Part shown: one piece after another, positions 23,636 to 36,082 of the stretch
Layout of the letters: each line of letters opens with the position of its first letter
Numbering within the stretch: position 1 is the first letter of the stretch
Source of the DNA: Octopus bimaculoides
Lineage: Eukaryota
Direction: 5' to 3'
Assembly (NCBI RefSeq): GCF_001194135.2
Contig: NC_068985.1
Location: 106,130,859 to 106,194,858 of the forward strand
Length of the DNA stretch: 64,000 nt
The notes under the pieces: generated by a model
The model's database searches: none
The model's input: only the letters and a program-made list of their open reading frames with translations
What the model was told of the DNA's origin: nothing
Program-made: the position numbers and the translations under genes

Positions 23636-24612
23636 CATCATCATCATCGTTTAACATCTGCTTTCCATGCTAGCATGGGTTGGAAGATTTGACTGAGGAC
23701 TGGTGAACCAAATGGCTACACCAGGCTCCAATTTGATCTGGCAAAGTTTCTACAGCTGGATGCCCTTTGTATCACCAACCACTCCGAGAGTGTACTGGGT
23801 ACTTTTACGTGTCACTGGCACGAGGGCCAGTCAGGCGGTACTGACAACGGCCATGCTCAAAATGGTATTTTTTACGTGCCACTTGCACAGGAGCCAGTCT
23901 AGTGGCACTGGCAACGACCTCACTTGAATGTTTTTTCACGTGCCACCAGCACAAGTGCCAGTAAGGCGACGCTGGTAACGATCACGCTCAAATGGTGCTA
24001 TTTACGTGCCACTAGCGCGGAAGCTAGACAGCTGCTCTGGCAATGATCATGCTTGAATGGTACTTTTAGCACTCCACTGGCACAGATGCCAGTCATCAAA
24101 TTTGGTTCAATCACGATTTCGATTTCATTTGCCCCAACAAGTCTTTGCAAGCAGAGTTTAGTGTCCAATGAAGGAAAGGTACACATAAGTGGGCTGGCTA
24201 CACCCCTGGCAGAGGCCTCGGATTATGGTCTCACTTGGCTTGCTGGGTCTTCTCATGCACTGCATATTTCCAAAGGTCTCGGTCAGAAGTCATTGCCTTG
24301 GTGAGGCCTAATGTTCGAAGGTCGTGCTTCGCAACCTCATCCCAGGTCTTCCTGGGTCTACCTCTTCCACAGGTTCCCCCAACCACTAGGGTGTGGCACT
24401 TTTTCACACAGCTATCCTCATCCATTCTCGCCACATGACCATACCAGCGCAATCGTCTGTCTTGCACACCACAACTGATGCTTCTTAGGTCCAACTTTTC
24501 TCTCAAGGTACTTACACTCTGTTGAGTATGCACACTGACATTACACATCCATTAGAGCATACTGGCTTCATTCCTTGTGAGCTTACGCATGTCCTCAGCA
24601 GTCATGGCCCAT
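23636..24612 (-). mobile_element. RTE LINE 3' part (ORF end, 3' UTR with 65-bp unit array, (GAT)n tail); continues into the gap
   Basis: ORF 24231-24548: RRLRWYGHVARMDEDSCVKKC...GRGRPRKTWDEV...DRDLWKYAV. Confidence 0.9.
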
Positions 24613-25599
24613 NNNNNNNNNNNNNNNNNNNNNNNNNNNNNNNNNNNNNNNNNNNNNNNNNNNNNNNNNNNNNNNNNNNNNNNNNNNNNNNNNNNNNNNN
24701 NNNNNNNNNNNNNNNNNNNNNNNNNNNNNNNNNNNNNNNNNNNNNNNNNNNNNNNNNNNNNNNNNNNNNNNNNNNNNNNNNNNNNNNNNNNNNNNNNNNN
24801 NNNNNNNNNNNNNNNNNNNNNNNNNNNNNNNNNNNNNNNNNNNNNNNNNNNNNNNNNNNNNNNNNNNNNNNNNNNNNNNNNNNNNNNNNNNNNNNNNNNN
24901 NNNNNNNNNNNNNNNNNNNNNNNNNNNNNNNNNNNNNNNNNNNNNNNNNNNNNNNNNNNNNNNNNNNNNNNNNNNNNNNNNNNNNNNNNNNNNNNNNNNN
25001 NNNNNNNNNNNNNNNNNNNNNNNNNNNNNNNNNNNNNNNNNNNNNNNNNNNNNNNNNNNNNNNNNNNNNNNNNNNNNNNNNNNNNNNNNNNNNNNNNNNN
25101 NNNNNNNNNNNNNNNNNNNNNNNNNNNNNNNNNNNNNNNNNNNNNNNNNNNNNNNNNNNNNNNNNNNNNNNNNNNNNNNNNNNNNNNNNNNNNNNNNNNN
25201 NNNNNNNNNNNNNNNNNNNNNNNNNNNNNNNNNNNNNNNNNNNNNNNNNNNNNNNNNNNNNNNNNNNNNNNNNNNNNNNNNNNNNNNNNNNNNNNNNNNN
25301 NNNNNNNNNNNNNNNNNNNNNNNNNNNNNNNNNNNNNNNNNNNNNNNNNNNNNNNNNNNNNNNNNNNNNNNNNNNNNNNNNNNNNNNNNNNNNNNNNNNN
25401 NNNNNNNNNNNNNNNNNNNNNNNNNNNNNNNNNNNNNNNNNNNNNNNNNNNNNNNNNNNNNNNNNNNNNNNNNNNNNNNNNNNNNNNNNNNNNNNNNNNN
25501 NNNNNNNNNNNNNNNNNNNNNNNNNNNNNNNNNNNNNNNNNNNNNNNNNNNNNNNNNNNNNNNNNNNNNNNNNNNNNNNNNNNNNNNNNNNNNNNNNCA

Positions 25600-26630
25600 A
25601 GGGAGATAACTGTTCGGCTTTCGGTAAGGGGAGGGGAATATATATGTACACACAAAAAAAAAGGTTTCGAAAAACTTGTTTAGTGAAAGGATTTATGTAC
25701 AGTGATGTAATCATGAATTGAAATATGCAAAAAGATAAAAGTTGGTTATGCATGCATATTAAGACGTGTTCTGTATTTTTCAATGAAAAAAGTTTCTTTA
25801 TTTAAACGTTCTTGTGGAGAGATTGTGTCTTTGCACTGGTAGAAGAGGAAGACTGTGAAATTTGGTTTGATGTTATCTGCACATTTTTCTATATGTTCAC
25901 CGAGAGGAATTTGCCTGCATTGCGGGAAACGGATTTGCTCTTTATGTAGAGTGGTTCTCCTTCTCAAAGTCATACTCATCTGTCCAATATAGTTGTGTCC
26001 GCAAATTGAGCAGGTTATTACATAAATTAGGTTCTCAGAAGCACAAGTGAAACTAGTTTTAATTGTGAACCTCTGTCCTTGTTTGAAAAGGAAATCCGAC
26101 CCTTCAAGTGAGTTGGGGCAGATTCTACAGTTTGGGCATCCACATTTTTTAAACCGTTGGTTTTGTGGCTGTTTTGTAAAGCTTCGCATTTGTTAGTAAT
26201 CTCTTTAGCGATTTGTGTTGCATTTTGCATTTGATGAGTTTGTGCGTTTTCAGGATGTCATTCATGTTTGGATCTCTAGTTAGTAAAGGAAGATTTTGCA
26301 CAATAGTGTTAAATGCCTCACTGTTTCTGGGGTTGTGTGTTGATATAAATAGTAGTGTTTTGAGATGTGGTGTTATGTTTTGTTGTTCTTAGTGTTTTTA
26401 TGTCTAAATTTTTTTGGCACGTTTAATTCCCTCGTCTATAAGTGAGGGTGGATATGTCTTTCAGTATGTGTTGTTTCCAAGTTGTTCTATCAGACACTAT
26501 TGTGCAAATCCTTCTTGCCAAATTGAAAGGGATATTTATTTTGATGTGTTTCGGGTAGCATGAGCTAAAGAGGAGATACTGTTTTGATTCAGTTGGTTTA
26601 TAATAGATGTCAGTTATGATTTGATTTCTC
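25600..26630 (-). mobile_element. Penelope-like retroelement fragment: RT thumb and GIY-YIG endonuclease
   Basis: ORF 25746-26189: CGCPNCRIC...NLIYVITCSICGHNYIGQ...LRRR...H. Upstream TDIYYKPTESKQYL...NIPFNLARRICTIVSD and STHNPRNSEAFNTIVQNLPLL. Confidence 0.9.
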
Positions 26631-27572
26631 TTTTACTTGTTTTAGTCATTTGACTGTGGCCATGCTGGAGCACCGCCTTTTAGTCGAGCAAATCGACCCC
26701 AGGACATATTCTTTGGAAGCCTGGTACTTATTCTATCGGTGTCTTTTGCCGAACCGCTAAGTTATGGGAACGTAAACATACCACCATTGGTTGTCAAGCG
26801 ATGTTGGTGGGGCAAACACAGACACACAAACATATACACATACATACATACATACATACACATAAATTCATCTTCAGGGAACCAACATACAAAAAGTAAG
26901 ACATGCGCTAAATGCTAAGGTTGCGTACGAGTTATAACATTATATAGCTAAGTAAATGACCGTTAGAAACAAGGACGCTAATTTACAGGGATCTATTAAG
27001 GGAGAGAGTCTATGAACGCTATACTAAGAGTTTAAATTAGAGGAAGGCAAAATGGATCGCAGTTAAATCCAGAAATCTAAAGTTAAAAAAAAAAGAAAAA
27101 AGGCCAAACTAAAAACCAGGAAAGGAGGAAGGGAGAGAATCCAATGAAGATGAATTTATATGCAATTCCAGCACCTCTTACTACTTTGGAGTAGAGTGCA
27201 CATATATTTTGAAACATATGTAAGAATTAAAGGAACTTATTGATTATATGCGTTTTGCTCCATTTATTATTATTATTCATATCTACTCAAAATACATCAC
27301 TTTTACTTGGTATTTCTACCTATTAACCGGGTATGATATCTCAGTTTTTGTGTGATTTTTGCTACCCTGGTAACNNNNNNNNNNNNNNNNNNNNNNNNNN
27401 NNNNNNNNNNNNNNNNNNNNNNNNNNNNNNNNNNNNNNNNNNNNNNNNNNNNNNNNNNNNNNNNNNNNNNNNNNNNNNNNNNNNNNNNNNNNNNNNNNNN
27501 NNNNNNNNNNNNTATATATATATATACATATATGATATATGTGTGTGTATGTGTTTATTTAAATGTATATAC

Positions 27573-27616
<44 letters not shown>

Positions 27617-28076
27617 ATATATATGTATATGTGTGTGTGGCTGTGTGTTAAGCTTGCTTCCCAACCACATGGTCCTGGCTTCAGTCCCACTGCATAGCAC
27701 CTTGGACAAGTGTCTTCTACTATAGCCTTGGACTGACCAAAGCCTTGTGAGTGGATTTGATAGACAGACATGGAAAGAAGCTCATCGCATATATATATAT
27801 TTACCCATGCCAGCATGGAAGGTGAATGTGAAATGATGATGTGCATGTGTGAGTGAGTGTTTGAGTCTGTGTTTGTTCCTCCTACCATAGCTTGACAACC
27901 GATGCTGGTGTGTTTACATTCCCGTAACTTAGCAGTTTAGCAAAAGAGACCAATAGAATAAGTACTAGGCTTAGATAGAATGAGTCCTGGGGTTGATTTG
28001 TTTGACTAAAATCCTCTAAGGTTGTGCTCCAGCATGGCCACAGTCAAATGACTGAAACAAATAAAAGAATATATAC

Positions 28077-28149
<73 letters not shown>

Positions 28150-28689
28150 TGTGTGTATGTATGTATGTGTGTTCACATATTTCACAGAGTTGAAACAGTT
28201 GAAGTGTATTTATTTAATGTTTTGAAGATGCTAATATGTAACTAAACAAAACAGGATTTGTGTATACCATGTAGTTATACGATGGTTCCCCCTCCTACTG
28301 AAAAATAATCTAATATGTCTATGAAACATTTTACAGAGTTTATCATCTCATGATTTAACTGCAAATAGTTGGGAGTTAGCTCTCATATACTTACCTTCGG
28401 CTTTTTATTAGTAATAATACACAGGAAGACTATGCTGAAAACACTCATGTAACAGACATAATATATGATAATAACTTTTTTTTTGGGGTTGAGTCAGTCT
28501 TGCTACTCTGAGTTTCACCTGTAAGTGCACAAGATCTTGCCTATTATGAGTAATAACTTGCTTGAAGATCCTGTGCATCTACGGGTGAAACTCATGACTC
28601 AACCAATATAAAATATATATGTGTGTAGGTGTATTTATATCTTCTGTGCACAACAGTAAGTTGTGATATGTTTGTGTGTTATATTTCAG

Positions 28690-28812
28690 CCCCAGACCGG
28701 TGTGGCTTCAATGGTACATTCCTGTGTAAGAACAGTCGCTGTATCTATGAGAACTGGAAATGTGACTACACAGATGATTGTGGAGACAACAGTGATGAGA
28801 TGAACTGTCCTG
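28690..28812 (+). CDS. LRP12: LRP12-like exon: LDLa repeat 5
   Basis: tttcag|CC...G|gtgag, 123 bp, phase 1-1. [37 protein letters not shown]. An in-frame alternative acceptor (cccag|) lies 6 nt downstream, giving exon start 28696. Confidence 0.93.
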
Positions 28813-29782
28813 GTGAGTAGTGTTGATTCATTCATACACACAAACATATTCTAAGTTCTCTATCTTCTTTGTCATATGTGTCAACTGGTACTTATTTGAA
28901 CCCATGTAAAGCCAAGGTATCTTTCAGCATTACTTCTTTTTCAAGTTTATCTTGTGTCTTTGACTCTATCAGGCATTTATTCTGAAGTCATTAATCACTT
29001 GTCAATCTTTAGTGGTACATTCATCACCAGAAATAACTTGATATTCACAACCTGCTGTCTGTCTTGTTGCTTGCTGGGTGAGAAGTCTATCTGGCTTGCA
29101 TGTTCACTTGATTAGTTGGTGACAAACTGACTTTTGGTTTACTGATGTTTGTGTTGCAAATGGTAAGTCTTTGCATTAGAAAACTTTAAAAATCTCGACC
29201 CCTCTTCATTCCTTGTGCAATGTCTATAGCTATGTATACACACACATTAGCTACAAGTATTTGCACATATGTACAAACACAGATATGGTTACGTATATAT
29301 GTACACATTTGCTTATTACATAGTCAACAATCTTTCTACTTTCACTACTTCTACAGTCACTCACTTTACAGTTACTCCTTCTCTACTATCTCTTTTCCTC
29401 ATCAAAACTACACTCTCATCTTGTGTTCTTCTTTACAGGTATCCTTTCATCTCATCTTCCACACTTATACTTCCCCTCTCTTCTCTCTGTGCAGTCACCT
29501 TTCCACTCTCACCCTTCTTTTCTCTCTTTACAATTACTTTTCCGCTCTCTAATCACATTTCCTCACTCACTTCTCTCTGTAGTCAGTTTTCACTCTCTTC
29601 TGTCTCATGTCACCTTTTACTCCCTTCTCTTTGTAGTCACCTTCTCCTTTCTACGTTATGACAATCTCTTTCCTTTCCTCATCTCTTTATCATCATCGTC
29701 TCTTCTCTATTACTACTGATTCTAATATAACCAATCTTTATATACCTCATTATTGATCCAGTCTTTTTCTTCTCTCTTCCAG

Positions 29783-30927
29783 GCAGTTCCAACAGAGTGA
29801 TATTGGTAGCTGTGGTTGGTTCTCTCACATGTGCCCTGCTATTGGTCATTGCCCTTGGATTTACCTGTAAGCTGAACTCTCTGCGACACCGTGACCGACA
29901 CCGCCTGCGACTGACTGAACCCGGAGGCCCACTCACCCACTGGCAGTCGGAGTTTATGCGACGCCCGGCACCTCCTTCCTATTGTGAGGCGATGATTACG
30001 TCAATGCCGTTTGAAGAAGCCCAGCGTATTTTCCAGGAGCGCAGACGTCACTCGAGACGTAGCAACCGCAGTCGTCATCGCTCATCGAATTCCAGTTCGC
30101 GATCAAGAAGCTGTTTGACCGAGAGCAGCCAAACAACAGCCGAACTTGTGGAACAGAATCCTGCAGTTGTCACGGCAACGGAGAGGCCCGCAACCGAGGA
30201 AGGCTGTGATGGGTCAGATGTTCCTCTAATTACAGACGGCCAAGACGACACTGTAAATAGCACAAACACTGACTTTGATAGGCAAGGATCAACTACCACC
30301 CTTCTTCTACCCAGTGAGTCGTCTGATTCTGAGCAGTCGGAAACTCGAGACGAAGCACACCGGGTTGAACGAGCAAACCGACAAACTGATGTGGAGAGTA
30401 ATGGTGGCAGAAACAACAACAACAGTGGTGGTGGCAGCAGTGGTGGTGGCAATAACAGAGGTAGCAGTGGTGGAGGGCCAGGGAGAGAGGGGCGGAATGG
30501 AGATGTTGAGCGAGAACAGGTTCAGTTTAGTTCAGAGGACATCACAGCTTGCTGGCGGCATCCATCTCCGGTGAAGATCTGTGGCAGAATCTCCAGTGAG
30601 CCTCTCCTAAACTTCACTGACTCTAACAATATAGAAATGGCCAGCGCCATCTGTGATAACGACGTTACTGGCACCACTGAACTTGTCGAGCGACTCAGCA
30701 GTGAAATTGTGATGGGCAACGATGATGATGACAAAAGGTCGGCAATTTTGTCTCAAGTGGGCAGCACGTCCAGCGACTGTTGTCATAGCAACCTGAATGA
30801 CAGCAATGCAATACACATGCCCAGCCTCCACTTCAGAATTGGCTCCTGTGACTCATTGAATTCCAGCCAATCAGAGCAAGTTCCCAGCGATTGTATAAAC
30901 ACCAGTGATAGTTTGACTGCAATTTAA
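29783..30927 (+). CDS. LRP12: LRP12-like last coding exon: TM helix and cytoplasmic tail
   Basis: Polypyrimidine tract, ttccag|GC, stop TAA at 30925-30927. RVILVAVVGSLTCALLLVIALGFTCKLNSLR matches the LRP3/10/12 TM signature (VIGSL.CGLLLVIALGCTCKL.SLR), followed by APPSY. Confidence 0.95.
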
Positions 30928-31090
30928 CTGTGTCTGTCAGCACCTTCCGTTTTTGTTGAACCCCTCCCTTCCACTTGAGTACACTTGAGTATAACAGAGG
31001 AGTTGAGTTCTTCTCTTGAGTCTCGCTTTTTTTCTCTAACTCTCAGCCAAAAAAAAAAACCAAAAAAACATCCAAAATATTACTGTTTGC

Positions 31091-31122
<32 letters not shown>

Positions 31123-31242
31123 TATTGATGATGTCGATGTTGACGATAATAATAATATTAATAATGATAAATAGNNNNNNNNNNTTTGAAATTTGGAACT
31201 GGTATCACGACTGTGATTTTGTTTATGCCCAGGTGAGGAGAT

Positions 31243-31261
31243 TTTATTGTTGAAGAATAAA
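31243..31261. terminator. Back-to-back poly(A) hexamers: AATAAA on - (31243-31248) and AATAAA on + (31256-31261)
   Basis: Sequence attttattgttgaagaataaat. Each is the first visible AATAAA downstream of the respective stop (LRP12-like 30927; ANO10 exon B 31496). Confidence 0.55.
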
Positions 31262-31495
31262 TTAGCAAAGACATATATTATAGACAGATATGTCAATGTT
31301 GACTGACCAACTGACTGACCGACTGATTGACCAATTATCTGAGATATACAAGGTTGGGTTTGAGTTGAGGGACTAAAATCAACTCAACTTAAACTTGTTA
31401 ATTTTTTTCTTCTTGAAAAGCTACCGGAAGAAGACTTGGAAGCGAGCGAGATGGAAGGAGAGGTATGCAGAAATTAGGAAGGCAAGAAGGCTGAA

Positions 31496-31705
31496 TCAGC
31501 AGTGGAGTGGAGTGGAGGGCAAGGAAGAAAGTTCAAATACCAAACGGCAGAACATTTTTTTTTTGTCAGGATTTTCTCTGTTCTTCTGTTGACTCTTCAA
31601 TGGCTGGTAGTAAAAAGAGTTTATATCTTCAGCAGCGTTCCACTGGGATCTAGTGTAAGAAATTTGGTCAACTGAAGCTGGTTTCAACACGGCCAACATA
31701 GCTCT
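31496..31705 (-). CDS. ANO10: Candidate ANO10 terminal exon B
   Basis: Weaker acceptor ttttcaaaag|AGA, phase 0, with 69 open codons (RAMLAVLKPASVDQISYTRSQW...PLHC*). AATAAA on - at 31243-31248. No homology support. Confidence 0.4.
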   Translation of the reverse strand, partial: RAMLAVLKPASVDQISYTRSQWNAAEDINSFYYQPLKSQQKNRENPDKKKMFCRLVFELSSLPSTPLHC

Positions 31706-33581
31706 CTTTTGAAAAACTATACAGAAATCTCCATACACATAAACATAAACACACATGAAAAAACAAAGTAAATAAAAAAATGTAATTTAAAAAAAAATGA
31801 TCAAACAGAACCAGATGAATAATATTAATTTCTAATTAATCTATTTGCAGAATTAATTTCTTACAGCTAGACCCAACACTGGTAACATTATATATATTAA
31901 ATATATATAGATATATGTTACTAAATGCTTTTTCATTGCTCTACTCCAGCCCCCTTTGACCATCAAAGCTCCATAAAAACAACAACAAACAAACAAACAA
32001 TTTTATATTTTTGACTGCAACAAATTTCTTTAAGAAACAGTTTATTGGTAAAACCAAATTGGTGAATAAAGACCTTCCAAAACTAGTTTCTGGTTGATTT
32101 TTTTACTTGTTTTCAATTTCTGTTATGTGCACATGTATGTGTATGCATGTGCACACATGTACATACAGATACCTTAAAAACAGAGTAATGTAAACTAACA
32201 AAGAATTTCACACAGGTGTAGAGTTAAATATTCTATTTGAATGAGAGACATTATTCCATTTTTATGAATAACACGTATCATCATCATCCTTTAATGTCCA
32301 TTTTCTATGCTGGCATGGGTTGGACGGTTTGACCAGAGCTGGTTGGGTCAGGGTCCTCACCAGGCTCTATTCTGGCATGGCTTCTATGGCTAGATGTCCT
32401 TCCTCAATCCAACCACTCCACAGAGTGTACTGGATGCTTTTTGAGTGGCACCAGTATGAGTGCTCTTGAGTAATGTGCCAGATATCTCAGTCCTTAGTCA
32501 TCTGCTTTGTAAGGTTTATTCTCTTGAGATTGGGTATATACTTGCTTTTACTTGTTTCAGTCATTTGACTGCGGCCATGCTGGAGCACCGCCTTTAGTCG
32601 AGCAAAATTGATCCCAGGACTTATTCTTTGTAAGCCTAGTACTTATTCTATCGGTCTCTTTTGCCGAACTGCTAAGTTACGGGGACGTAAACACACCAGC
32701 ATCGGTTGTCAAGCGATGTTGGGGGGACAAATACAAACATATATACGACGGGCTTCTTTCAGTTTCCGTCTACCAAATCCACTCACAAGGTTTTGGTCGG
32801 CCCGAGGCTATAGTAGAAGACTAAGGTGCCACGCAGTGGAACTGAACCCGGATCCATGTAGTTGTATATTGTATCATGTCAAAGTTTCATTAAGTTATTA
32901 GTTCAAATGATGGCAAGCTGCACCTTAAAGATTACAAAGGAAAAACAACTAGAGTTTTTCTCCTTTGTTTCGCTTATAATTCTTTTGTACAATAATTGTT
33001 TTCATCTTTTGAATCTAAGTTCTGATCTGTTATTGAAGAAAGATTTTTTTACAATTGTTATGGTAAAGAAAATAAATTACAAATCTTTATATATTATTGT
33101 CACCACCATCATCATAAGCATCTTTTAACGCCCATCTTCCATGTTGGCATGGGTCAGATGGTCTGACAGGATCCAGCAGGTATAAAGATTATGTAATGTT
33201 CCAACATCAGCATGGTTTCTACAACTGGATAACAATTCAGTGTTTGCAACTGAACCATCCAGATAAAAACATATGTCTAATATATAATGGAGAAAGCTGC
33301 TTGTTAATTAGGTATGTAACAGTTACTAAAAGAAAGCAATTATTAAAGGCTTGATTGTCTGGAAATTTTTTTTTATAAATTCATGTGCCAAGAAATTTCC
33401 TGTAATTTTGATTTCTGAAGTTTATTGAATATTTGAACTACGAGTTCTTCACAAGTTTAAATATTCATTGCATTCACTGTGGAGTAGATTTAATAAACTA
33501 TATTAATTCGTTGCAGGTGAAATTTTCCATTTTCATTTGCAACAACAGTCTCTCGCTCTCTCTCGCCTTCAGATTACATTT

Positions 33582-33674
33582 TCATTGAAGCCTGTGAGAA
33601 GGATGAGCCTGTTTCTTGCTACTAATACAAAACCTCGGCTCAATCAGTGTTGTACTGCACCTAGTTAAAGTTCT
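33582..33674 (-). CDS. ANO10: Candidate ANO10 terminal exon A
   Basis: Strong acceptor tttttacttatttacag|AGA, phase 0. RTLTRCSTTLIEPRFCISSKKQAHPSHRLQ*. AATAAA on - at 33421-33426. No homology support. Confidence 0.5.
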   Translation of the reverse strand, partial: RTLTRCSTTLIEPRFCISSKKQAHPSHRLQ

Positions 33675-33859
33675 CTGTAAATAAGTAAAAACAGATTTTT
33701 CCTTTTTACGATTACATACGAATAAATAACTTGAGAAAATGACCACCTCTGATTTGTTAAGTTCGTGAAAAAAGCCTACAGCTTGATAAAACAACCAGTC
33801 TGGTATTGAAAACATGAGTCTTGAACTATCTCGATAGATAGCAGTTAATCAAAGCTAAT

Positions 33860-33926
33860 GCGTAATTTTATAACTTTTTGCGACCCACTAGGATTCCGTT
33901 CGCGACTCATAGTTTGGGAACCACTG
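33860..33926. mobile_element. hAT (Charlie-like) terminal fragment
   Basis: Reverse strand reads CAGTGGTTCCCAAACT...GGGTCGCA. CpG-rich and abuts the gap. Confidence 0.55.
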
Positions 33927-34458
33927 CACNNNNNNNNNNNNNNNNNNNNNNNNNNNNNNNNNNNNNNNNNNNNNNNNNNNNNNNNNNNNNNNNNNNNNNN
34001 NNNNNNNNNNNNNNNNNNNNNNNNNNNNNNNNNNNNNNNNNNNNNNNNNNNNNNNNNNNNNNNNNNNNNNNNNNNNNNNNNNNNNNNNNNNNNNNNNNNN
34101 NNNNNNNNNNNNNNNNNNNNNNNNNNNNNNNNNNNNNNNNNNNNNNNNNNNNNNNNNNNNNNNNNNNNNNNNNNNNNNNNNNNNNNNNNNNNNNNNNNNN
34201 NNNNNNNNNNNNNNNNNNNNNNNNNNNNNNNNNNNNNNNNNNNNNNNNNNNNNNNNNNNNNNNNNNNNNNNNNNNNNNNNNNNNNNNNNNNNNNNNNNNN
34301 NNNNNNNNNNNNNNNNNNNNNNNAGTTAATATAAAATACGTTTTAAAAAGTACAAGTTAACTTTATAAAGTTTCATTCGTAAACATTTTGTAAATTTTAA
34401 CAAGTATAAAAAAACAAAACACGATTAAGCACCAATGTAGTCTGTCAGGGGTGTTAGT

Positions 34459-34495
<37 letters not shown>

Positions 34496-35734
34496 CACAC
34501 GCACTGGTTCTCAATTAACGTTGTTCGATATGACGGTTTGGCTATAACAATGTTAGATTATAAAATACAAAGTATAAATTTTAAATGATTTTGAGCTACA
34601 ATAAAAGTGAATAAATGCCTTTGTTTCTATGTTAGTAAACGACTGTTTAATCTGTGTAATTAATTACCTTTCTATCTCTTAAATTACATTATATTGTTCA
34701 GCAGAAGTTGTCGATGTTGGTTGGCAGACATTTTCAGGGGAGTAAACTTGGCATACCTTCGTATTACCTCCCTTGTTTCAAGACGTTAACAGTAGTTCTT
34801 CTTTTTTCTGAGATTCATTTCCCGCATTCTATTTCTAGTTATTTTTTATTACATTCTGAGTTTGTCTACTAAGGTTATGTTTGTTCTCTTATTCATGGTG
34901 TAATTTTAGCAAAAATTCCTTAGTACACTATACATTAAGCATCTTGGAGCTCACTTTATTTACTATCAGTAGTTATTTGGTCTAGCACCAGGTTGAGGTC
35001 ATCTTTGCCTTTCATCCTTTCAGGGTTGGTAAAGAAGGTACTGGGGTTGATGTAATTGACCTCTCCCTCCCCTCAAAGAAAGTTGGGTGTGACAAAATTT
35101 GAAATTACTACTACTACTACTACCTGTGAGGCTTAATTTAAAAGTTCATTTCTTCAATAGATGCCTTCAGCAGTTCAGTCAATTTATTTCATATAAATAT
35201 AGATTAAAAGGTGGACGGGAGTTCAATTGTTCACTAAAATATTTCTTTGTTTTGGTGTATCTTAAAAATGAAAGGTTATTGATATCAGACGTTATAAAAA
35301 GTGTGGAACTCAGATTTTCAATGAAGGCACAACATTACTGAAATCATCTTTAGATTAGTAAGAGTTACTGATATATGTCTGCAGCATGGATATGTGTGTT
35401 TGTGTATGTGTGTGAGTGTGTGTGTGTGTATAAAGTATACTTTATACCTCATCCAATACAGTGTTTACTTAAGAAGTTGTTCGCTGCTCTTGTTTTCGTT
35501 TCATGGCATTTTGAATTTTCTGGAAAAACAAAAAGAAATAAGAAAATAACAAAGCAGTTTTATTCATTTGTATCTTGGTTGTAAAATATTAGCTTAAATT
35601 AGTGAAACATTGAAGTTAGGATGTTAGAATCCAAGACACCAAATCATGCTGTCTGATTGAAAAAAAAGAAAAAAATCCACACTATAATCCGTTTTGCATT
35701 AATCCAACTGTAAGAACTGTTACAAATTATTAAA

Positions 35735-36050
35735 CACTTCATGTCACAAACACTCTCCAAGCTTTCCTATCATTTATAAACTCTCTTGCCTCTTTGACTC
35801 CAACACCTCTGACTGCCGATGCTTTCCTCACTCTGTCCATCCACACAAACTGAGGTCTGCCTCTTGTTCTGCTGCCAACCACTTCTGCCTTCATCACCCA
35901 CCTATCCATCCTCTCCATGTGGCCAAACCACCTCAGCATTTGTCTATCCATTTTGGTTGTTAGTTTTTCTCTCATTCCAGCTCACCTTCACACCTCATTC
36001 TTCATCCAGTCCATCCGTGTCACACCAACTATAGCCCTCAAACATCTCCT
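35735..36050 (-). mobile_element. RTE (BovB-like) LINE 3' fragment
   Basis: MLRWFGHMERMD...GSRTRGRPQFVWMDRV...DRKAWR. Confidence 0.85.
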
Positions 36051-36082
36051 CTGAAACGAAGTAAAATGAATCGTTGACTTAC

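Noticed and set aside
23803-24090. CRISPR-like repeat-spacer appearance
   Set aside because: The 'spacers' are homologous to each other, the array lies inside an RTE 3' UTR in a eukaryotic intron, and no cas genes are present.
30075-30831. Overlapping antisense and alternate-frame ORFs in the LRP12-like last exon
   Set aside because: Expected shadows of a GC-rich, low-complexity coding exon.
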